Assembly (NCBI GenBank): GCA_002498725.1
Contig: DAIJ01000008.1
Coordinates: 5,598-69,597, forward strand
Direction: 5' to 3'
Source of the DNA: Euryarchaeota archaeon UBA23
GTDB taxonomy: Archaea; Thermoplasmatota; Poseidoniia; Poseidoniales; Thalassarchaeaceae
DNA: 64,000 nucleotides
In this document: positions 58,065 to 64,000 of the stretch, in pieces
Layout: every line of letters starts with the position of its first letter
Numbering within the stretch: the first letter of the stretch is position 1
Made by a program: the position numbers and the translations under genes
The notes under the pieces: generated by a model
What the model was told of the DNA's origin: nothing
What the model saw: the letters and a program-made list of their open reading frames with translations, nothing else
Databases searched by the model: none

Positions 58065-61000
58065 TCACTCACTCGAAGATTCACTTAGTGCAGATTCAGA
58101 TGCTATTATTGCTCTAGCTACTTCAGGTGAATAACCGGTTTCAACTAAATTTTGATAATGCTCATCACGTGAATCATTCTTCTTAACATTAGGAATTATT
58201 GTTTCTGATTTTATCCCCCATATCTCATCTTCTGAGTTGGTCATTGAAGCGATAACTTCGCGAGTATCGTCTCGTACATTCGATCTTCCCCCTACGCGTC
58301 CGCGGGTTTGTAGCGCTGCTCCAACTAATGCTAACAATGAAAGTGCGGCTAAAGATCCCATAAGTATTGGAGAATTGTAAATTGTCTCTATTACACCTCT
58401 TGGGAGTGACTTGTCTTCAACCGAATCCCAGCAACCATCGCCATCTATGTCATTATTCTTACTTGAAGTCCATCCAAGTGCACCATGTGCACATTGATCA
58501 TGAATGTCTGCAACTCCGTCATTATCATCATCTAGATCAAATTCATCCATACAACCATCCGTGTCATGATCAATGGTAATTCGAGGACTTAATGGACACG
58601 CATCATAGACGTCTAGAACGCCGTCGCCATCATCATCTTCATCTTCAGTAGAATCAGCACAACCATCTCTATCTCTATCTGAACTCAGTGTTGAAATCCA
58701 ACCTGGAGTCGGATTTGTTTCGCAGTTATCTTCAGATGTTAGAATTCCGTCGTTATCTAGATCGTAGTCCTCATTTCTATCGTCACAACCATCAAAATCA
58801 CCGTCGACTATTTCTGGAGAAATGCTTCGTGGACATCGGTCTTCTTGATCGAGATATCCGTCGTTGTCATCATCTGAATCTTCACTTATATCGCGGCAGC
58901 CGTCAGAGTCCCAATCTGTTATTGGGCCTGAATCCCATCCAAATTCTCCATTCACACAGAGATCAAAATCGTCCAAAACACCATCATCATCAACATCATT
59001 ATCTTCCTTCAGATCGTTACATCCATCCCCATCCTTGTCAGAAATTAAATTTGAAATCCAGCCAGTCATACCATATGGACAAGAATCTTCACTGTCTTCT
59101 ACACCATCGTTGTCGTCATCGATATCTTCCTTACTATCATGACAGCCATCAAGATCGTGATCAAAGGCTTGTCCTGTCCAGCCAATTTCGCCTGTTGGGC
59201 AATTGTCATCTACATCCAAGTAAGGATCGTTGTCATCATTATCATCTTCATCTGGATCTCTACAGCCATCGTTATCATGATCTTCTGAGAAAGTTTGCCA
59301 ATATTGTGCTCCATTAGGGCATTGGTCGAGATGGTTAAGAACGCCATCGCCATCATTATCTATATCTTCAAAGACATCGTCACATCCGTCGGCGTCGGCA
59401 TCAATTCTATCTAGGTTCATAACTCCTGTAGGACATTCGTCAACATCATCTTCAAAACCATCATTATCGTCATCGATATCTTCTGTTGAATCTTTACAAC
59501 CATCTCCATCATAATCAGTATTTACTCCAGATATCCAATCTGATTCTCCAAATTGACAATTATCTTGATCATCAGGAATTCCATCTTGATCATCATCATT
59601 CCAATCGTTATTATTGATTAGATTGATTTGGATTTGTTGTTCTACCATTGCATAATCATCACTAGTTGATTGAACTTTAACAATTAAATCAAAGGTTTGA
59701 TCCTCATTGATTTGCCTTATATCGGGAGATTGAATAAGAACAAATAACTCCTTAGTGCCACCTTCTACTATTGTAGTAGTTGATTGATAATTACTGTCGA
59801 CTCCAGAATTAATAGTCCATAAATCGGGTTGGCCTTCAGTACTTATTGTAACAATGTCGCTGCTACCTGGGATTTGAATTCCACGTAATACAAGATTTGC
59901 TTCTACTGATTGACCTGGTTCAAGAGTAATTTCTTGAGGTTGAGTAGGAGCTAAATCAAGACGCATATCAAATAAATCCTCATTCCACATACAAACGTCC
60001 CATTTGTTCAACTGACTATCCGGATTTGTACAGTCATTTGCAGTCCAAGCAATTGTACGCTCTGGCCACTCAAACTTGACAATCGGTTGGGCGCTTGCTG
60101 AAAATTCACTACCGAATATTCCCATCAGATTATCTGAACTACTAGTAATAGTACGTGTATTCACAACACTGTAGGCTTGGGTAAGATATCGATTCAGTGG
60201 TAATTCCTCAAAGTCATTCATTACAGGAGATTGTATTCTAGTCCAGCGGAGTTCCACTATCTCTTCATCAGCAGACTCAGCTCCAGACTCAAACCAAGTG
60301 ATGTGTATTGAACCATCTCGATCAAAATCTACACGTGGATTCGCTCCCCAAATCAAATTAGACTGTTGTACTGCAGTGTCCTTTACAACAACTGTAGATT
60401 CTAAGTCTAAACCATCAAATTCTCCATCTAATTCTCCAGCACGTGTTGGGTCTATTTGCATGTAGTGTAACTGACTCGGGCCCGACTTAGATGGGAATTC
60501 GCCCCTTCCATCTACCCAGACAACATGTATATTTCCGTCATCGTCGATGTTAACATCTGGATTCATTGCCCAAGTGTGACCTTGAGTTAGTCTAGTATCG
60601 TTAACTAAAACCAAGTGTCCTATAGTGTCCCAACCTGCACCGTCATCGCGCCAATACCAGTCAGTATCTGGGCCGATGTCCTCTGTGTATTCGCCCGATT
60701 CTGCATCTATTGTGTGACCAGGGTCGCCAATAGTCCAAGTGCTTCTTGGATTAGAAAGTAATGAGTAAGGATTCAGAACTGTAAGGAAGGTATTAGTTGC
60801 TCCACTTCCAGTGGTGATATTGATAATTGCACTAACCATATTGTTCATTTCATCAGTATAGGATGCTATTGGTAGTTGCACATCATCAATCCAAGCTGAG
60901 TCATTCCCATGAGATACTGACCCATCCTTGACATACTTCCATGTGTATGTGTGGTAGCCAGGAGATACTGATGCTGTGTAAGTGCCGTTGCTTTCACCAG

Positions 61001-62957
61001 ACCACGCTGATGTGAATGATGAAGAGGAACAATTTGGATTATCGACACAGAACAATAGATAGTCGTAGTTGGCCTCGCTCGATACAGAATAATTGAAAGA
61101 AAGAGTCCCGGAATTCATCGCACCTGAATACTCTAAACTGGAGTATTGATTGTCACCAATATCTGCCGATTGGGCACTATAATTCCCGCCCAGAGTACGG
61201 TTGCTCTGTGTAAACCACCAGAAGTTGCTTGACCCAGCATGAGTCCATCCATTAGCAATGTAGCCAACTTCAAAGTCCCCGTGGAATTCAGTTAATTCTT
61301 CCGTTGGGTAGTAGAATAATTCTCCACCAGCATCAGTATTACGAACAGATGTACCATCGCAATTCCGTGTGTACAAACCAGCAATAGTTGCATTTACAGT
61401 TAAATCAATGTCAGGGCAATGTGCAAGATTCATCATGTGGTGACGCACTCTTGTATCTTCGTGAGTATTGGTATTTGCTCCATATGATGTAGTACCAGCT
61501 ACTGGCACAGGAATTACTCCAGCCTGTAAGCAAGCATCGTGTGATTCATTGATACTCTGATAATCATCCGCTAGGTTAGCAGAGTTTCCTCCAAAAGGTC
61601 CCTCGTCAGAAACTGGTATGACGAGTTTTGTTGCATTTGGATTCCAAGTGTGATCTACAGCAGTAGGAGGATTTCCAGGAATTAAACCTGAAGAATCTCT
61701 CCATGATTCACACGCCCATGTAGACCCTGGACCCCACATCTCAGAATTGTATCCCCAATCGGAGGGTATTGTTAGAGCGGTGCCATTGTAAACAACTTCT
61801 GTAAGAGGTCTAATTCCGCCTGATGTATCACTGGAATTTTGACCTAGGGATGTTGATCTTGGGCCGTTTGAACCGTCGTCACCGACTGTGATTGCATTGG
61901 CGCAATTAGTATGTTGGTTAGCATTATGCATGTTGCCACTCAAAGTATAGAGAGTTTCTAGAACTGTAATGTTCGCTGCTTCTAGCATCGGTTTTATTCC
62001 GGCGAAATTCTCACCTGTGGTCAGTACTCCTCCGTAGAATACTGCACACATGTCACTCCATTCTGTGGTCATAGATCCTGAAGAATCTAACAAACCAACA
62101 TATTCTACCATGGATCCTCTTGTATCTTCCCAAACAATTACTGCAGTATTATTCGCACCGATACTTACCGCTGGATTTCCTTTATGGCCAAGGGCAGGAG
62201 TTACTAAGGTGCTGTTGATCAATACCATGAAGCCGCTTGATGAGGTGTGGGCTAACATGCAATAGTAGACTAGAGGACTATTGAAGTAAAGCCCCTGAGG
62301 ATCATAGCTGTCGATCCATACAATATGTACAGCGTCAAGTGAGTCTACTGCAATATCTGGTTCAGATCTTGTTCCTGCTCCATCTGCTACCGTATGAGAT
62401 ACTACCGTCATATTTGCAATATCCCCAGAAGATCCATCAAGATCGTCTTCGGATGGATCAAGAAGGGTGTACAAAATTTCTGTGTCGGTAACTTCCCAAA
62501 CGATATGAGCACGGCCCATTGAATCGACTACCATAGATGGACTAGAAAGCGATGTGGAGTTATTATCTCCAACTTGAGTTGTAGAAATTAAAATTGTATC
62601 CACGCCAGTTGAAATTTGAATTAGAGCATACCTAAGAAGAGGAGTGCTTGCATTTTCAATCCATATAAGGTGTATACGATTTGAGTCATCCATAACTCCC
62701 ATTACATCGATTGGATTATTTGCATTTAGATTGCTTAGAAGCGTTGTAGTATCGGTGTCGCTGATTGTCCCATTTGCCGTAAACGAATTTTCCGCGCTAT
62801 CGTCTAAAACAACATTAGTTGCAATCATTGAAGGTAGAGTAACAGATCCTATCATTAACAAAACAAGGGCTAATGCAAGTTTTGTATTGTCTTGTTTATA
62901 ATTTGTTTTTTTCCAACTATTTTCGCGGGTCGTTCTCGGCGCGGCGTTCGATACCAT
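58065..62957 (-). CDS. Giant type-I membrane surface protein (1,630 aa): signal peptide, beta-propeller/sialidase-like N-terminal repeats, ~12 thrombospondin-type-3-like Ca-binding repeats, C-terminal TM anchor
   Basis: Signal anchor LALALVLLMIGSVTLPSMIA. Repeated hIVW(x)D blade motifs (IHLIWIEN, AHIVWEV, VHIVWID, IHVVWVDGRG, IHITWFESG). Repeat array with pattern C..G..GW.S...D.D.DGC.D..ED.DDDNDG. C-terminal TM ILMGSLAALSLLALVGAAL followed by a cytoplasmic tail. Confidence 0.8.
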   Translation of the reverse strand: MVSNAAPRTTRENSWKKTNYKQDNTKLALALVLLMIGSVTLPSMIATNVVLDDSAENSFTANGTISDTDTTTLLSNLNANNPIDVMGVMDDSNRIHLIWIENASTPLLRYALIQISTGVDTILISTTQVGDNNSTSLSSPSMVVDSMGRAHIVWEVTDTEILYTLLDPSEDDLDGSSGDIANMTVVSHTVADGAGTRSEPDIAVDSLDAVHIVWIDSYDPQGLYFNSPLVYYCMLAHTSSSGFMVLINSTLVTPALGHKGNPAVSIGANNTAVIVWEDTRGSMVEYVGLLDSSGSMTTEWSDMCAVFYGGVLTTGENFAGIKPMLEAANITVLETLYTLSGNMHNANQHTNCANAITVGDDGSNGPRSTSLGQNSSDTSGGIRPLTEVVYNGTALTIPSDWGYNSEMWGPGSTWACESWRDSSGLIPGNPPTAVDHTWNPNATKLVIPVSDEGPFGGNSANLADDYQSINESHDACLQAGVIPVPVAGTTSYGANTNTHEDTRVRHHMMNLAHCPDIDLTVNATIAGLYTRNCDGTSVRNTDAGGELFYYPTEELTEFHGDFEVGYIANGWTHAGSSNFWWFTQSNRTLGGNYSAQSADIGDNQYSSLEYSGAMNSGTLSFNYSVSSEANYDYLLFCVDNPNCSSSSFTSAWSGESNGTYTASVSPGYHTYTWKYVKDGSVSHGNDSAWIDDVQLPIASYTDEMNNMVSAIINITTGSGATNTFLTVLNPYSLLSNPRSTWTIGDPGHTIDAESGEYTEDIGPDTDWYWRDDGAGWDTIGHLVLVNDTRLTQGHTWAMNPDVNIDDDGNIHVVWVDGRGEFPSKSGPSQLHYMQIDPTRAGELDGEFDGLDLESTVVVKDTAVQQSNLIWGANPRVDFDRDGSIHITWFESGAESADEEIVELRWTRIQSPVMNDFEELPLNRYLTQAYSVVNTRTITSSSDNLMGIFGSEFSASAQPIVKFEWPERTIAWTANDCTNPDSQLNKWDVCMWNEDLFDMRLDLAPTQPQEITLEPGQSVEANLVLRGIQIPGSSDIVTISTEGQPDLWTINSGVDSNYQSTTTIVEGGTKELFVLIQSPDIRQINEDQTFDLIVKVQSTSDDYAMVEQQIQINLINNNDWNDDDQDGIPDDQDNCQFGESDWISGVNTDYDGDGCKDSTEDIDDDNDGFEDDVDECPTGVMNLDRIDADADGCDDVFEDIDNDGDGVLNHLDQCPNGAQYWQTFSEDHDNDGCRDPDEDDNDDNDPYLDVDDNCPTGEIGWTGQAFDHDLDGCHDSKEDIDDDNDGVEDSEDSCPYGMTGWISNLISDKDGDGCNDLKEDNDVDDDGVLDDFDLCVNGEFGWDSGPITDWDSDGCRDISEDSDDDNDGYLDQEDRCPRSISPEIVDGDFDGCDDRNEDYDLDNDGILTSEDNCETNPTPGWISTLSSDRDRDGCADSTEDEDDDGDGVLDVYDACPLSPRITIDHDTDGCMDEFDLDDDNDGVADIHDQCAHGALGWTSSKNNDIDGDGCWDSVEDKSLPRGVIETIYNSPILMGSLAALSLLALVGAALQTRGRVGGRSNVRDDTREVIASMTNSEDEIWGIKSETIIPNVKKNDSRDEHYQNLVETGYSPEVARAIIASESALSESSSE
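58340..59690 (-). repeat. In-frame tandem array of ~12 degenerate ~114-nt (38-aa) TSP3-like Asp-rich Ca-binding repeats within the giant surface-protein gene
   Basis: Periodic DxDxDGxxDxxDxC units in the translation. The opposite-strand ORFs at 58367-59317 (His/Ser-rich) are artefacts of this GAT/GAC-rich array. Confidence 0.6.
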
Positions 62958-63048
62958 GCCCTGTCAAGTCATTGTATGGCTATAGACGGGAGGCCGGACA
63001 TGTCCGAAACTGGTCTTTTTTACATAGTTATGGTTGGTGATCAGAAAT

Positions 63049-64000
63049 TTATTCGCTATCACGGCGGTGGCGAATATAGTCTGTATAATTACCAGGCCAA
63101 ATCCACATACTTCCATCACCGGGCAATTCCCAAATTGTATCGCAAACCTTGTCGAGAAACCATCTATCGTGACTTACTGTAATAATACTACCATCATAAT
63201 CCTGTAAAGCCTCTTCCAAGGCCTCTTTGGCATCGGTATCAAGATGATTTGTTGGTTCATCTAGAAGTAACAAATTATTATCTTCAAGGAGAAGTTTAAG
63301 CATTGCAATTCTTGCTCTTTCGCCACCACTTAACTTACTCAATTTTGTTTCAACCATCTCATTAGTAAATTGGAATCTGCCGAGTAGAGCTCTTATGTCG
63401 CCATAATCCATACGAGGTTTTAGAGCTCTAACTTGTTCAACTGGAGTGAGGTCGAAATTCAATGAGCGATGGTCTTGATGAAAATATCCAATTTGCACAC
63501 CGGGCTTAACATCAATTGTGCCTGAATCTAACTTTAATTCCCCCTGAATTAAGCGTAGAAGGGTGGTTTTACCAGCACCATTAGGTCCAACAATTCCTAT
63601 TTTTTGAGCACGTGAAACTCCTACTTCTAGCCCCTTAATTATTGGGCTATTGAGCCCCTCAAAAGTTAGCGTGGCATTATGAAAATCTAATACCTCAACA
63701 CTACTTTTTTCTGTTGACTCAAGTGTGAAGTTAAGTCCTCTTCTTTGCCTTGGTTTGAGTGATTTTAACCATCTTAACTCTCCTTGTGCACGACTCAGTA
63801 AGAAACGCTTCTGAGATATTGATTTGTCATATTTATTCGCCCTTTTCATGGACTGTAGCGCCCCAGTAAGCCTCTTTACTTCGGCCTCAGACTTTTTTAT
63901 TCGATCAGCCAGAGTTTGCAAAAATAATTCCTTTTGTTGAAGAAATGAAGTATAGTTTCCATGGTAACCCTTTGCTCTAGTATCCTGAATTTCTACAATG
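63049..64000 (-). CDS. ABC-F family ATPase (translation factor/ribosome-associated type), C-terminal ~315 aa; N-terminal NBD beyond right edge
   Basis: No stop upstream of the track start. The frame continues (IVEIQDTRAKGYHGNYTSFLQQKELFLQTLADRIKK) through an ABC-F interdomain linker. The second NBD carries GPNGAGKTTLL, LSGGE, LLLDEPTNHLD, SHDRWFL and a C-terminal WPGNYTDY. Confidence 0.8.
   Translation of the reverse strand, partial: IVEIQDTRAKGYHGNYTSFLQQKELFLQTLADRIKKSEAEVKRLTGALQSMKRANKYDKSISQKRFLLSRAQGELRWLKSLKPRQRRGLNFTLESTEKSSVEVLDFHNATLTFEGLNSPIIKGLEVGVSRAQKIGIVGPNGAGKTTLLRLIQGELKLDSGTIDVKPGVQIGYFHQDHRSLNFDLTPVEQVRALKPRMDYGDIRALLGRFQFTNEMVETKLSKLSGGERARIAMLKLLLEDNNLLLLDEPTNHLDTDAKEALEEALQDYDGSIITVSHDRWFLDKVCDTIWELPGDGSMWIWPGNYTDYIRHRRDSE

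Noticed and set aside
58367-59317. His-rich and Ser-rich + strand ORFs (up to 209 aa)
   Set aside because: These are antisense artefacts of the GAT/GAC-rich TSP3 repeat array on the minus strand. The minus-strand frame is the conserved one.
1-64000. CRISPR arrays, integrases, transposases, prophage or IS elements, rRNA/tRNA genes
   Set aside because: No periodic repeat-spacer structure, tyrosine/serine recombinase or DDE transposase motifs were seen. No rRNA signature sequences or tRNA-like cloverleaves were found in any intergenic region.

Overview
This 64-kb window is a gene-dense fragment of an archaeal chromosome of moderately low GC. The archaeal assignment rests on these genes: the archaeal-type uS13-uS4-uS11-RpoD(Rpo3) cluster, the DNA polymerase II large subunit PolD/DP2, primase large subunit PriL, an HTH_10 regulator, a type-2 methionine aminopeptidase, and MptE-like and DUF373-like proteins. 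The giant secreted repeat proteins plus a heavy load of bacterial-type metabolic and translation genes resemble marine planktonic Euryarchaeota (Poseidoniales-like); that placement is inference from gene content, not a search result. Each end of the window is occupied by a huge surface protein: a >2,440-aa propeller/Ig-like protein running off the left edge, and a 1,630-aa protein carrying about 12 thrombospondin-type-3-like Ca-binding repeats. In between are many clearly bacterial-like genes: an E. coli-like MaeB with a Shine-Dalgarno, ATP-type PckA, bacterial-type LeuRS, homodimeric AceE, a CGFS-glutaredoxin/BolA pair, FumC, and an ABC-F ATPase running off the right edge. I found no rRNA, tRNA, CRISPR array, integrase or transposase. 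The most interesting items are:
- an 850-bp convergent spacer with extreme purine strand bias and recurring GGAAAC/AGAACC motifs, ending in a mutually exclusive double hairpin (candidate novel ncRNA or protein-binding array);
- a CDIN1/C15orf41-like HTH plus PD-(D/E)xK nuclease with a poly-Arg N-terminus, downstream of leuS;
- a FumC with an in-frame N-terminal ribbon-helix-helix domain;
- an operon of an IGHMBP2/Upf1-like SF1B helicase, an RDD membrane protein, YrdC and MetAP2;
- a Zn-ribbon/acidic-IDR/SAP-like protein;
- a wHTH-NB-ARC (STAND) regulator beside secreted peptidases.
No canonical defence system is evident. All calls come from reading the translations and DNA by eye; no database searches were run.
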